From the IMG/VR virus record IMGVR_UViG_3300006114_000027, positions 1-37,084 of that record: DNA of 37,084 nt. One strand, 5' to 3'. Positions 1-9,086 of the stretch are shown here, one piece after another (position 1 is the stretch's first letter; each line of letters begins with the position of its first letter). The notes beneath the pieces are model-generated. The model saw only the letters and a program-made list of their open reading frames with translations, was not told the origin of the DNA and did no database searches. This DNA is from a virus (Duplodnaviria > Caudoviricetes). A program made the translations under genes and the position numbers.

Positions 1-274
1 TAACCATTTGTTGGTAATGATAGCCCACTGGAGGAGGTGCATAACCCGGTTGCGGTACCACCATTGGAGGTTGTGTGTAAACAACTGCAGGCGGTTGCTC
101 AACAACCACTGTGCGAGGTTGTGCCAACTCGTATCCAATTACTCCGCCAATTAAAGCAGGTGCTACCCAACCACCACTGTATCCATGATGGTAATAGCCA
201 CCGCGATAGCAACAGCCTTCGGCACTGGCAGTTAGGCTCAATGCTAGAATGAATAGTGATAGAATTTTTTTCAT
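1..274 (-). CDS. Secreted Pro-rich small protein (partial, runs off left edge; missing from ORF track)
   Basis: Manual translation from ATG at 274: MKKILSLFILALSLTASAEGCCYRGGYYHHGYSGGWVAPALIGGVIGYELAQPRTVVVEQPPAVVYTQPP...; signal-peptide-like N-terminus; GGAG RBS at 281-284; TAAATA at 302-307. Confidence 0.8.
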   Translation of the reverse strand, partial: MKKILSLFILALSLTASAEGCCYRGGYYHHGYSGGWVAPALIGGVIGYELAQPRTVVVEQPPAVVYTQPPMVVPQPGYAPPPVGYHYQQMV

Positions 275-331
275 GTTACACTCCTTTTAAGTAGTATACA
301 ATATTTATTTGTTAAAGTCTATGATTTAGGG

Positions 332-772
332 TTAAGCACCAGCGGCACGTTTGGCCATTTTGCTAACTGTGGCTTCCGGATTGGCGCCACCGCCTGTTCC
401 GCCTCCAGCACCCCCAGTTTCTGCTCCGGTATCACTACCTTGGATTTGACTGTCAGGTTCTGTAAAGTAAACATAGTTTACACTGGTCTTTGCATCAGGC
501 TCGACTTTTTCAACTACGTCATTAAACTGCCCAGACTTGATTGCATCGTTTAGATCAGTCCAACGGAAACTATTATCACCACGCAATGCATTTACCGCAT
601 GAACTACATCTTCGGCTGACTTACGAGGAATAAGTCCGGTGTTTATTAGTTCTTCTCTCATTGAGACAAGAACATTCATGATATCTGCATAACCGTGTGC
701 GTCGGCTAAATCTTCATGATTGACATCTTGTGAGCCATCTAGGTCCTCACGAATGATTTCTCTTATACGCAT
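332..772 (-). CDS. Hypothetical protein, possible internal head protein
   Basis: 146-aa ORF; N-terminal MRIREIIRE with [IL]xE motifs; Gly-rich linker and basic C-terminus VSKMAKRA. Confidence 0.7.
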   Translation of the reverse strand: MRIREIIREDLDGSQDVNHEDLADAHGYADIMNVLVSMREELINTGLIPRKSAEDVVHAVNALRGDNSFRWTDLNDAIKSGQFNDVVEKVEPDAKTSVNYVYFTEPDSQIQGSDTGAETGGAGGGTGGGANPEATVSKMAKRAAGA

Positions 773-773
773 A

Positions 774-1469
774 TTAACGGCGCTCGCGTCCTAATTCTGG
801 TTCAGCATTTGCAGGCTCAGCATCCATATCTGTGTCTAGATCACTTTCTGGACCAGCCATATCAGCAGCGCCCATGCCCATATCTGCACCACCTAGGCCA
901 GCATCGGCACCCATGCCCATATCCATACCGCCGCCCATACCAGGAGCTTGGTCGCCGGCTAGTTGTAGTACTGCTTGTTCTGCTTGGTCTTTGCCACTAG
1001 ATGCAGCTTGATATAATGTGTCTAATACACCCTTAATTGAAGTTTTAAATGCTTCACTTTGTTCCATGCCAATTTGGTCACGTATTGATCCAACCAGTGC
1101 TGGCAATTGTTCGTTTTGCATTTTACCAATACGCTCAACCATGTCTTGCATACTGTCAACGATATCTTGTGCAGCCAGTTTAGCCTCGCTTGCACCAATC
1201 TCGCTTTCAAATAAACCTTCTTCGCTATTAAGCCATTTTGATAGTCCTTCTTTGACTAGCATTAGCTCAACATACTTGGGATTCTTTTCCACTGTATGTG
1301 CACCATAGCTTTTGCGAATACTTTGCATATCTTCGCTGATAGCTTGGTGTAATCTTTTTGCTTTAGCGTAAGATAAATTATCGTAATCAATTGAAAACCC
1401 AAAGCGGCTTTCCATTACTTTGTTAATTTTTCGAGGTGTTATCTCGGTATGCATTTCAGTGAGTCTCAT
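774..1469 (-). CDS. Putative prohead core/scaffold-like protein
   Basis: 231 aa, acidic and helical; LTE and LFE motifs; GM/GD-rich tail ending LGRERR; TAAATA at 1493-1498. Confidence 0.6.
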   Translation of the reverse strand: MRLTEMHTEITPRKINKVMESRFGFSIDYDNLSYAKAKRLHQAISEDMQSIRKSYGAHTVEKNPKYVELMLVKEGLSKWLNSEEGLFESEIGASEAKLAAQDIVDSMQDMVERIGKMQNEQLPALVGSIRDQIGMEQSEAFKTSIKGVLDTLYQAASSGKDQAEQAVLQLAGDQAPGMGGGMDMGMGADAGLGGADMGMGAADMAGPESDLDTDMDAEPANAEPELGRERR

Positions 1470-1470
1470 A

Positions 1471-2001
1471 TTATAAATCCCATATTTTATTATATTTAGC
1501 AGTTAGATAGATTTTTGATATTTCAATTCGGGCCTGTTCTAGCGTTTTCTCGGCTATTTCTAGCCTAGCTTGCCTGATATCTATAGTATCATAATCTTTC
1601 TGTATCTGCGCCTTGGTAATACGATTTCTCCAGGCCTGGATATCTGCATAATTTTTATTTATTTCAGTATCCAACTTTAGAATTGTATCTGCGGTTTTGT
1701 AGTGGCGCTTGAGCGTATAAATTGCATAAAGTACTGCGCTACGCTTATCTTCAAAGGTGTGTACCAATCCTTGTTCTGTTGCTACATCACATTTTTTATT
1801 TTTGTAGACTCGCAATACAAATGTGCCAATTTTATACCCAGATTTAATAGGGATACAAATTGGCAATTGTGAGGTTTGTATTTTACGTAATTCTGTCTTG
1901 GTCCAGTGCTGGATATAATCGGCGGCCGAGTCAACAAACTTGCTAACTTCTTGGGGCATATTATCTTTAACGGGTTTTTTTCTTGTATGTTGTTTGGCCA
2001 T
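1471..2001 (-). CDS. Hypothetical protein (coiled-coil C-terminus)
   Basis: 176-aa ORF in a tightly packed operon. Confidence 0.75.
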   Translation of the reverse strand: MAKQHTRKKPVKDNMPQEVSKFVDSAADYIQHWTKTELRKIQTSQLPICIPIKSGYKIGTFVLRVYKNKKCDVATEQGLVHTFEDKRSAVLYAIYTLKRHYKTADTILKLDTEINKNYADIQAWRNRITKAQIQKDYDTIDIRQARLEIAEKTLEQARIEISKIYLTAKYNKIWDL

Positions 2002-2176
2002 TTTCAGTACGGCGATATAAAATATCTTGTGCCGTTAGTTGACGTGCTACTTCTTGCTCGCGTTCATTGAGTTTATTTTTGAATATCGTAGGTTCAACAT
2101 CAAATCTATTTAATAGATCTGCTTGCTCATTATTAATTGGCATTTGTATTTTGTTGAGTAGTTCTACGTAGCGCAT
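1967..2176 (-). CDS. Hypothetical protein
   Basis: 69-aa ORF starting 3 nt after the upstream stop. Confidence 0.7.
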   Translation of the reverse strand: MRYVELLNKIQMPINNEQADLLNRFDVEPTIFKNKLNEREQEVARQLTAQDILYRRTENGQTTYKKKTR

Positions 2177-2179
2177 ACT

Positions 2180-2440
2180 TTATTTAGTAGCGATGTGTAC
2201 ACCCAACGTGATTAATCCGGTGATTAGAACCCCGATTATTGTGGTTCCGATTGTGACTAGAGTTTTGTACTGACTGCTGTCTTGATTGCTCAATGTTGTT
2301 TTGATATCCACAAGATGGTTCTCAACCTTGTCCATACGGTCTTCTAGACTGTTTAGTTTATTTTCCAAACTGTTATACCTTTCAGCACATAACTCTACGT
2401 GCGCCTCTAGGCTTTTCTTTTCAATATTGGTTCCGGCCAT
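2180..2440 (-). CDS. Coiled-coil protein with C-terminal TM helix (XhlA/holin-like)
   Basis: Heptad region LENKLNSLEDRMDKVENHL followed by hydrophobic LVTIGTTIIGVLITGLITLGV. Confidence 0.6.
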   Translation of the reverse strand: MAGTNIEKKSLEAHVELCAERYNSLENKLNSLEDRMDKVENHLVDIKTTLSNQDSSQYKTLVTIGTTIIGVLITGLITLGVHIATK

Positions 2441-2460
2441 TATGTTTCTCGTGGTTATTC

Positions 2461-2522
2461 GACGCTTCTAACGTGTGCCTTGATGTGTGCCGTAAAGTGA
2501 GCCTAAGTGGTGCCTGAGCATC
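2461..2522 (-). repeat. Leader element: four GGC(A/T)C repeats enclosed by a GAUGCU/AGCGUC stem
   Basis: Minus strand reads GATGCTC AGGCACCAC TT AGGCTCAC TTTA CGGCACAC ATCA AGGCACAC GTTAGA AGCGTC; repeats spaced 11-12 nt. Confidence 0.6.
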
Positions 2523-2526
2523 TAGA

Positions 2527-2534
2527 GTATTTAT
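2527..2534 (-). promoter_or_regulatory. Late-type promoter (ATAAATAC)
   Basis: Resembles the T4 late promoter TATAAATA; recurs upstream of structural-region genes. Confidence 0.55.
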
Positions 2535-2968
2535 TGCTCGGCGTGTTGAACGAAATATACGTTTTTAATTGCGCCGTAAGGATAAAAGATAGGTAGCATA
2601 AATCTGCCTGTTTCTCCAAGTCCTGTAATGATTGGTACTTGTTCGAAATCTTGCAACAGTCCACCAAGTGGTTTATTGGGCAAATCATAAACATCAGATT
2701 TTTCTGTTGCCCATGTCCAATGCCATACTGTATGATTGCCTTCAAAGTAGTCGCCAAACTTTAACACATCAGTAGGCACTTCTTGATAAATTTTAGGCTC
2801 TTTTATGTGCAGGGGTTGTGTACGCAAACTCATACATTGTAGTACTGTTTCCCAATTGCGTTGTTGGTTACGTTTGATGTCATCAGGATTGACGCTACGT
2901 ATTACATGAGTTGGAGTAATATCAACTAATGTGTAACCAGTAAAAAATTGTAATCCTGTGTTGCTCAT
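2531..2968 (-). CDS. Hypothetical protein (start corrected to MSNTGLQ)
   Basis: The track start at 2998 lies inside a terminator; ATG 2968 directly follows TAAATAC (2972-2978). Confidence 0.75.
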   Translation of the reverse strand: MSNTGLQFFTGYTLVDITPTHVIRSVNPDDIKRNQQRNWETVLQCMSLRTQPLHIKEPKIYQEVPTDVLKFGDYFEGNHTVWHWTWATEKSDVYDLPNKPLGGLLQDFEQVPIITGLGETGRFMLPIFYPYGAIKNVYFVQHAEQ

Positions 2969-2984
2969 AGTGTATTTAGCAGCC

Positions 2985-3011
2985 AAGAAAAAAGGCACAA
3001 AAATGTGCCTT
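2985..3011 (-). terminator. Rho-independent terminator
   Basis: AAGGCACA-TTTT-TGTGCCTT followed by a T-run on the - strand, after 3032..3502. Confidence 0.8.
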
Positions 3012-3031
3012 CATTCTTAGTTTAAAAACTA

Positions 3032-3502
3032 TTAAGCTAGTTTGAAACCGCTTGATGTTACGCTAATACCAGCAGCCCAAATGTTACCAGCAACACCAAT
3101 GTTACCAGCGCTGTTTAGAGCTTGTAAACGTGTTGTTAGTGCTGTTGCAACTGTAGTTGGTGAATTGTTTGTACCAGCAGTAGTAGCAGAACCTTGAGCC
3201 CCTGCACCTGATGCTTCTAACAATACAGAAATTTGGTTGCTTGTTGTTCCACCAGTTGTTTCAACTTGGTACATAACGATTGTAGAGTCAACCCCAATGC
3301 TACGTAGAATTGTTTCTACTGCACCACCAGTTACTGTTTCTAGAGCAACGTTACCTGCTGAACTAGTTGCAGTAATTTTGAATGCCATTGGAGGCTTTGT
3401 TAAACCTGTAGCAATAATTGCACCAGTACCGATGCTGTTTAGGTTGTTATCAACGTTAACAATACCGTTTGAATCACCTGTGTATCTTGTCTGAATAGCC
3501 AT
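3032..3502 (-). CDS. Putative abundant virion protein (decoration-like)
   Basis: 156 aa, rich in T/G/A/S; own TAAATA (3550-3555), AAGGA RBS and terminator, so probably monocistronic. Confidence 0.6.
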   Translation of the reverse strand: MAIQTRYTGDSNGIVNVDNNLNSIGTGAIIATGLTKPPMAFKITATSSAGNVALETVTGGAVETILRSIGVDSTIVMYQVETTGGTTSNQISVLLEASGAGAQGSATTAGTNNSPTTVATALTTRLQALNSAGNIGVAGNIWAAGISVTSSGFKLA

Positions 3503-3580
3503 TTTGTTTTCCTTTTAAAATAATGAGTTCATCTAGAACTACATGCATTTATTTAGTTCTTTTTTAAAAAACTTGGGCAA

Positions 3581-4693
3581 TTACTTGTTAAAATGCGCCT
3601 TGCCAAATACACCGCGATTTACTAGTTTTATTAGTCCCACGCCTTTAGCGTCAACTACAAAGCCCTCCCCAGCTCGTTTGCCGTTGGTCCACTGCTCAAA
3701 TCCAGTTACTTGTTTTTCAAGTTGATCTGCTAGTGATACTTTGTACTGATAAATGGCATTCCATGTATCCTGTAATGCTTTATATCCATCAGCATTGTTT
3801 TCTAAGTAACCTGGCACTGTTTCGCCGTTGGCATCTTGATAGCCAAGTAGACTTTTGATTTGCTTTCCGCTTATTTTATTCTTTGGATCACGTAGGTAAT
3901 CCCCAACATCAAGTTGAGTTTGGCCTGTAATTTTACGATTAAAGTAGGTTTTTAGTGCGGCTTGTGCAACTCCATCCATGCCTTTTAAAAATTGCTCTGC
4001 GGCTTGTGCTACAGGACCATTAACTGCCGCTTCTGCTTTTTTTCTTAAATTTACAGGATCGGCTAGAGCAAAATTTATTCCAGCCTTGGGTGCAATAATT
4101 GCTACGTTACTGTTGTTTGCTAGTCCAGTTTTGCCATCCCAAGGAGCACCGTCTCGTTGATGTACGACTAGTACTGCAACTTTTCCCTTGATAATTTGAC
4201 CTATAGGACTACTTGGAGGAATACGATATGTAACTGTAGTAGGCTGGAATTCGTACATACCATTGACTAGTGGCAATGCTTTTCCATTACTACTTACTGC
4301 CATCAAGTCACCTTTATATGTGCCCGGGGCAATTACTGAGGCTTCTAGTCCTTTCCATATTGTTTGTATCTTTGCATACAAATCATTACGATTGGCCCCA
4401 CGTGCTTGATCGTATTCAACCCACTGTTCGGGACTAGTAGGATAAACTCCTTTTTTAGGCATATACTTGTCTGCACAGAAAAATTTTCCCTGTGCATTGC
4501 GCCCAAATATTAATGCTATACCACCATCCCATTTGATGCTGATACTGCCGGGATCTTTAATTACTTCTGCCATTCCAGCAACGTACTTTTTTGCTTCTTG
4601 TACACCATCAAATATAGTATCTTCGGGATGTGGGATGCGTGGGCCTTCTTCTGCAGCAGCTTCAAATAAACTTTGAATAAAGTTTAATTTCAT
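3581..4693 (-). CDS. Ligase-fold (covalent nucleotidyltransferase) protein, DUF6267-like
   Basis: Motif I SIKWDGG (KxDG), GDLM, motif IV EGFVV, motif V IKLVNR; N-terminal LFE. Confidence 0.65.
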   Translation of the reverse strand: MKLNFIQSLFEAAAEEGPRIPHPEDTIFDGVQEAKKYVAGMAEVIKDPGSISIKWDGGIALIFGRNAQGKFFCADKYMPKKGVYPTSPEQWVEYDQARGANRNDLYAKIQTIWKGLEASVIAPGTYKGDLMAVSSNGKALPLVNGMYEFQPTTVTYRIPPSSPIGQIIKGKVAVLVVHQRDGAPWDGKTGLANNSNVAIIAPKAGINFALADPVNLRKKAEAAVNGPVAQAAEQFLKGMDGVAQAALKTYFNRKITGQTQLDVGDYLRDPKNKISGKQIKSLLGYQDANGETVPGYLENNADGYKALQDTWNAIYQYKVSLADQLEKQVTGFEQWTNGKRAGEGFVVDAKGVGLIKLVNRGVFGKAHFNK

Positions 4694-6399
4694 AGAGTTT
4701 TCATCCAGGCAGCAGTATGTATAGGTGCAGTCTCGGGCAATTGTATATTATCATGTGCTAATGTTTCGCGTGCCTTGGCAACCAATTGTTCATAGTCAGG
4801 ACGTTTGCTAATAGCTTCAATAATGTCGTCGGCAGTATTAAGTTTACTAATGGGTATTCCAGTTAATTTGCTTAATGTACGTGGATCTTTCCCGCCTTCA
4901 ATGGTTGTTGGCTTTTTGGGATTAACGCTCTTGTCAATAATACCGTTTTTGTAACTCCAAGTATAATTGGGGTTAATTGCAGAAACAATACTTGCAAGTA
5001 TAATGTGTCGTGCCATGCCTTTGTATGGACTATTCTCACGCCCACCTTTCATAGCAAATGCTTGCCACTTGGGATCGCCAAACATAAAGTCAGTTTGTGC
5101 AAAGCCATTTTTAACATCGCCATTGATAGGAGTTTTGAAGTGTACACTATCTCCGCTCATTGCAACCCAGCCATCTCTAAAGTCTTTTCGGTTTTCAATT
5201 TGCTCTTGAGGAATACCCTGTTGCAAACACCATTTGATTAGTATTGCTTTTAATTCTTCTTTGGTAATAGATTTATCATCAACGCTTAGGTCCAAGTCGC
5301 CACTGCTACCTGGTTCTTTTTCTGTGCCTTTTTTACGTCCGGTTGTGCCTAACCATTTAGTAGGATAACCTTCTTTGTCTTTTTCTTGAGTAAAGTCTAA
5401 ACCAGTAATTTTCTCTAACCAACTTATGGTACTAGGAATCTCAGTGGTCATAATACGTCTAGCAACTTGATTGCCCTCTGCATCTTTAAAAACATTTTGG
5501 CTTTCTGTTAATTGTTCTCGTGCTTCTTGCAACTTCATCTTACGCCATAGTATGTCGGCTAGATCAATACCTTCGTTGGTACTGCCAGGTGTTGCTGGTG
5601 CTTTGGCTTTTGCAGTGTTGGCTTTGATTCGTTTCATCATTGCACTACGTGCGGCACGCCCACCTTGTTTTGCCTGGGGTTGTGCAACAGGCGCTGGCGT
5701 TGGTTGGGTTGTTGCAGGCGCTGCTGGGTTACGATTATTTTTCCAAACTGCAGGAGGCTCTGCAGTTTGTGGTTGTGGAGCAGTTTGTGGTTGTGCTTGT
5801 GGCACTGACTTTGTTGGCGATTGAGGAATACTTTGGTCGTGTTGTTTACTCAAAAATTCTTGGAAGCTTTCGTGCGGTACTTTTCCTGTAGCCAAGTGAC
5901 TCCATTGGCCATTGTCATTTAATCCGTAGTCTTTGTTTTGATACTTTATAATAATAGGTTCTTGACTAACAATCTGCACTCCTGGTGCCATGTCATGCTT
6001 CTCAACATCTTTAGCACCGTGTGCGGCATTACCTTGTGCAACAACACCTTGTTGTCCACCTTGTGGCGTTTGTGTAGCGCCACCTGCATTGGGTGCGCCT
6101 GAGTAGCCCAAATCTCGAGTTTTCCAAATTCCGGCGTATTTTTTAATATACGCTTGTACTCCAGCTGGAGTCATGTTTGGAGGTAGGTCAACTTCTTCAG
6201 GATTTAGAACTACACCTTTGCCTTCAGTGCCATTTTTAAAATGATTTGCCACATAGTTTTGTAATGCCTCGTGATCATCCTTTAAGCTGGGATTTAGTTT
6301 TACCAGTTGATTCCAACGATCGGTGCTGATTTTAACCAACTGATCAAAGTTCTTGTCGTCTTGACTTTTTCCAAATCCAAAAATTTCAGTTATTTTCAC
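4690..6399 (-). CDS. Low-complexity N-half plus PolX/Pol-beta-type nucleotidyltransferase C-half
   Basis: LGTTGRK...SGDLDLSVD (G[ST]..DxD) with third Asp in QTDFM; P/Q/A-rich linker; ITE, LQE and LTE motifs; GTG start overlapping the upstream TGA. Confidence 0.65.
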   Translation of the reverse strand: MKITEIFGFGKSQDDKNFDQLVKISTDRWNQLVKLNPSLKDDHEALQNYVANHFKNGTEGKGVVLNPEEVDLPPNMTPAGVQAYIKKYAGIWKTRDLGYSGAPNAGGATQTPQGGQQGVVAQGNAAHGAKDVEKHDMAPGVQIVSQEPIIIKYQNKDYGLNDNGQWSHLATGKVPHESFQEFLSKQHDQSIPQSPTKSVPQAQPQTAPQPQTAEPPAVWKNNRNPAAPATTQPTPAPVAQPQAKQGGRAARSAMMKRIKANTAKAKAPATPGSTNEGIDLADILWRKMKLQEAREQLTESQNVFKDAEGNQVARRIMTTEIPSTISWLEKITGLDFTQEKDKEGYPTKWLGTTGRKKGTEKEPGSSGDLDLSVDDKSITKEELKAILIKWCLQQGIPQEQIENRKDFRDGWVAMSGDSVHFKTPINGDVKNGFAQTDFMFGDPKWQAFAMKGGRENSPYKGMARHIILASIVSAINPNYTWSYKNGIIDKSVNPKKPTTIEGGKDPRTLSKLTGIPISKLNTADDIIEAISKRPDYEQLVAKARETLAHDNIQLPETAPIHTAAWMKTL

Positions 6400-6638
6400 T
6401 TTTCCACTCTCCCAATTCCGCGTTTGAATTTTGAAGGATCTTGTGTACGTATACTGTTTACTAGTCTACGTTCCAACTCCTCGGCCTGCTCGGGTTCGTA
6501 GTTTTCACGTATGTAATTGATAAGGTTAATTGCGCCCTGTATCACGTGGCTAGCACGTGATTCCACTAAACTTCCACGGTCTCGTTGTGTAAGTAGCGTA
6601 TCTAATTCGTCTAAAATACTGCGAGCTCGCTTTTGCAA
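6396..6638 (-). CDS. Hypothetical protein (TTG start inferred)
   Basis: GGAG at 6646-6649, 7 nt before TTG 6638; TAAATA at 6661-6666; the track start overlaps the radical SAM gene. Confidence 0.65.
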   Translation of the reverse strand: MQKRARSILDELDTLLTQRDRGSLVESRASHVIQGAINLINYIRENYEPEQAEELERRLVNSIRTQDPSKFKRGIGRVEK

Positions 6639-6663
6639 GATTTCACTCCAATTTATGTTATAT

Positions 6664-7671
6664 TTATATGATTCCGCAAACATCATCACAGATGACTAAA
6701 CGACCAGATTCATAAGTTTTCGCATCCCAACAAGCTTCAATATTAGAAAACCACTCAATACATTCACTTAGGGTATATTTTAATGCATTATTTTTACTAA
6801 TTAAAGGGACCAGTTGTGCATTTGCGGCTTGGTGATACTGCCCGGCACCATAGGTTTTAGGGTAAAATCCAGTAAAACAACAAGGGCTCACATCACCGTT
6901 TGCAGCCACATACACGGATTTTCTTTGCTTGGTTTTGCAGTTTATTTTATTTTTAGGTTTTCTGCCGGGAGTAATATCTTCTAGTAAAATTAAATCTGTC
7001 TTTTTCTTATGGAATAAAACCTTAAATTCTGTCTCGCCTGAATAATTACCCAGTACATGAGTAAGTTCACCATGTTTATTAAATACTGGTGCTGTATTTC
7101 GCCCATCGTCAACTAAAGAAAACCCACTAAATCCCATTTCCTTTGACATTGTTCGACATGCATCAATTTGGTGAAGATTATGTTTAAACTTAATAAATTT
7201 CCATGTAGCAACTCCACCAGCAGATATAAACATCTGGGCATTTTTAATAACAGTAGTCCACGATGTATTTTGCCTATATAGATGATGAGTATCTTCTAAT
7301 CCATCTATACAAAATAAAACTCTTGCTTTATTTCTTGCCAGTTGTTGCCAAAATTCTTTTGACCTAGCAGATCCGTTGGTGCTAATGGTTATGATTAAAT
7401 TAGGGTTGGAGTTATGAAAATATTCAACTATATCAGCACCTTCGGGATTCATAACAATGTCGCCAAAATTTCCATTTATCATTAGGCTTTTTAATTGTTG
7501 TAAAAAATTTAATTCAAATATCTTTTTAGCATGATCTAATGTTAGATTTATCTCAGGATATCCACCATTGTGTGGATAGCCCCAAAATGTTCTTGGACAC
7601 CAAGGGCAACTGGCATTACATAAACTTGATATTTCAAGATGTACATCTTTTATATCGTTGTACGCAATCAT
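6664..7671 (-). CDS. Radical SAM protein with SPASM/twitch-like C-terminus
   Basis: CNASCPWC (CxxxCxxC), GNFGD, STNG, IDG; C-terminal C...GDVSPCC...CDDVC. Confidence 0.9.
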   Translation of the reverse strand: MIAYNDIKDVHLEISSLCNASCPWCPRTFWGYPHNGGYPEINLTLDHAKKIFELNFLQQLKSLMINGNFGDIVMNPEGADIVEYFHNSNPNLIITISTNGSARSKEFWQQLARNKARVLFCIDGLEDTHHLYRQNTSWTTVIKNAQMFISAGGVATWKFIKFKHNLHQIDACRTMSKEMGFSGFSLVDDGRNTAPVFNKHGELTHVLGNYSGETEFKVLFHKKKTDLILLEDITPGRKPKNKINCKTKQRKSVYVAANGDVSPCCFTGFYPKTYGAGQYHQAANAQLVPLISKNNALKYTLSECIEWFSNIEACWDAKTYESGRLVICDDVCGII

Positions 7672-9086
7672 TCTGATTTACTCTTTAGTCCTGCCAACAT
7701 GCTTTTGAGTTTACTACTTTGTACTTCGGCACTGACTGTGGGTATGTCCAATCCTGTTCCGGGTCGGGCCTCGGGTCTAGGCAATGTTTTAGTATCGCCA
7801 CGGATTTGATCCATGATACTGGCCTTGGGTGGCCCAAATCCGGTTTCGTTAGCATCTGGCCCGGGGTCGGTGATACGCATGGTTTCAATGTTGTATTCAA
7901 GATCAATCTTGTTGCCTACACCTGTACTCGATCTTGACTTCATGCACTGTATTTGATACTTGCCACGTTCACGCATAGCACGACTAGTAAAGATGCCAAA
8001 CACATTATCTGCTGTATTAATTTTACTAATACCACCAGCAATATGACTATGGTCAAATTCTACTTCTTCAACTGCACTACGATTAAGTTGACTTGCAGTT
8101 ACCAACAGTATGTTTAGTTCTTTGGCCAAGTTACGCAATTCTTCTGCCACATACTTGTCTTTGATAAACTGATCGTTAGGGTTAACTTTAACACTCACTG
8201 GCATCACTAAGTCTAAATAATCCACCATGACAAAGTCAACTTTTATTCCAGTTTGTATTTGTACTTCTTTTAAGTAACTACGAATATCGTTTACGTTACT
8301 TTGTGCTGGCAATGCTTTGACTCTATACTGTCCGGACTTTTTGCTTACAAGTCTAACCTTCATTGTGGTTGTGTCAATGTCTTTGCGTATGTCTTTTGTG
8401 CCAGTACCAGTTAACATTGCATCTGTTCTCAAACTTGTTAATTCTTCACTAAGCTCTAAAGTAATGTAAACACCACTTAAACCTGCTTGTAGCCAGCTGA
8501 GTGCTATGTTCATCATTACAAGACTTTTACCTGAACCTGAACCTCCGGCAAATATGTTTAGTTCACCTCTGCTAAATCCACCATACAATAGCCTATCCAT
8601 TTGTGGCCAGCCTGTGCTAACTTGTCCGCCACTGTTAAAATACTTGTTGATACGTGCCGCGGGGTCTGCAAAGTAATCTGTTCCCATATCCTTTTGCAAA
8701 CTAATTTGTACTGCATCCTTAATTAATTTTTCTACAGGATCATAATCACCTTTTTCCAACATGTCTGCGGCTTTTAAAATAGCACGTTCAAGTTCTTGAC
8801 GCTTAGTAAAGCCTTCAAACTCTTGCATAAACCACTCATAGTGTCCTTCATTTAGTTCGGGTACTGGCCGTAGTTCTACTCCTGTTGTGGCTTTTATCTG
8901 CTCCAGCGTCGGCATAGTTTTGTGCGTGTCTGTATGCGTTTTAATAAACTCTGCAACTGCTCGTAAACTTCTATCAAAGTTCTCGGGATTGTAAATGTTT
9001 TGCACACGTACATAACTTGATGCATCCTGCATCATCATTTCTAAAAATAGTTTTTGTAAATCTGGTGTATATTCTTTTATTGTCAT
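7668..9086 (-). CDS. dnaB: Replicative DNA helicase (DnaB/T4 gp41-like)
   Basis: Walker A GGSGSGKS, Walker B VMVDYLD, SQLNR, KSR. Confidence 0.92.
   Translation of the reverse strand: MTIKEYTPDLQKLFLEMMMQDASSYVRVQNIYNPENFDRSLRAVAEFIKTHTDTHKTMPTLEQIKATTGVELRPVPELNEGHYEWFMQEFEGFTKRQELERAILKAADMLEKGDYDPVEKLIKDAVQISLQKDMGTDYFADPAARINKYFNSGGQVSTGWPQMDRLLYGGFSRGELNIFAGGSGSGKSLVMMNIALSWLQAGLSGVYITLELSEELTSLRTDAMLTGTGTKDIRKDIDTTTMKVRLVSKKSGQYRVKALPAQSNVNDIRSYLKEVQIQTGIKVDFVMVDYLDLVMPVSVKVNPNDQFIKDKYVAEELRNLAKELNILLVTASQLNRSAVEEVEFDHSHIAGGISKINTADNVFGIFTSRAMRERGKYQIQCMKSRSSTGVGNKIDLEYNIETMRITDPGPDANETGFGPPKASIMDQIRGDTKTLPRPEARPGTGLDIPTVSAEVQSSKLKSMLAGLKSKSE

Noticed and set aside
37-252. 71-aa + strand ORF
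   Set aside because: Shadow of the - strand gene starting at 274, which has an RBS and a signal peptide.
860-945. GGM-like repeats resembling the missing GroEL tail
   Set aside because: Low-complexity linker; the similarity is most likely coincidental.
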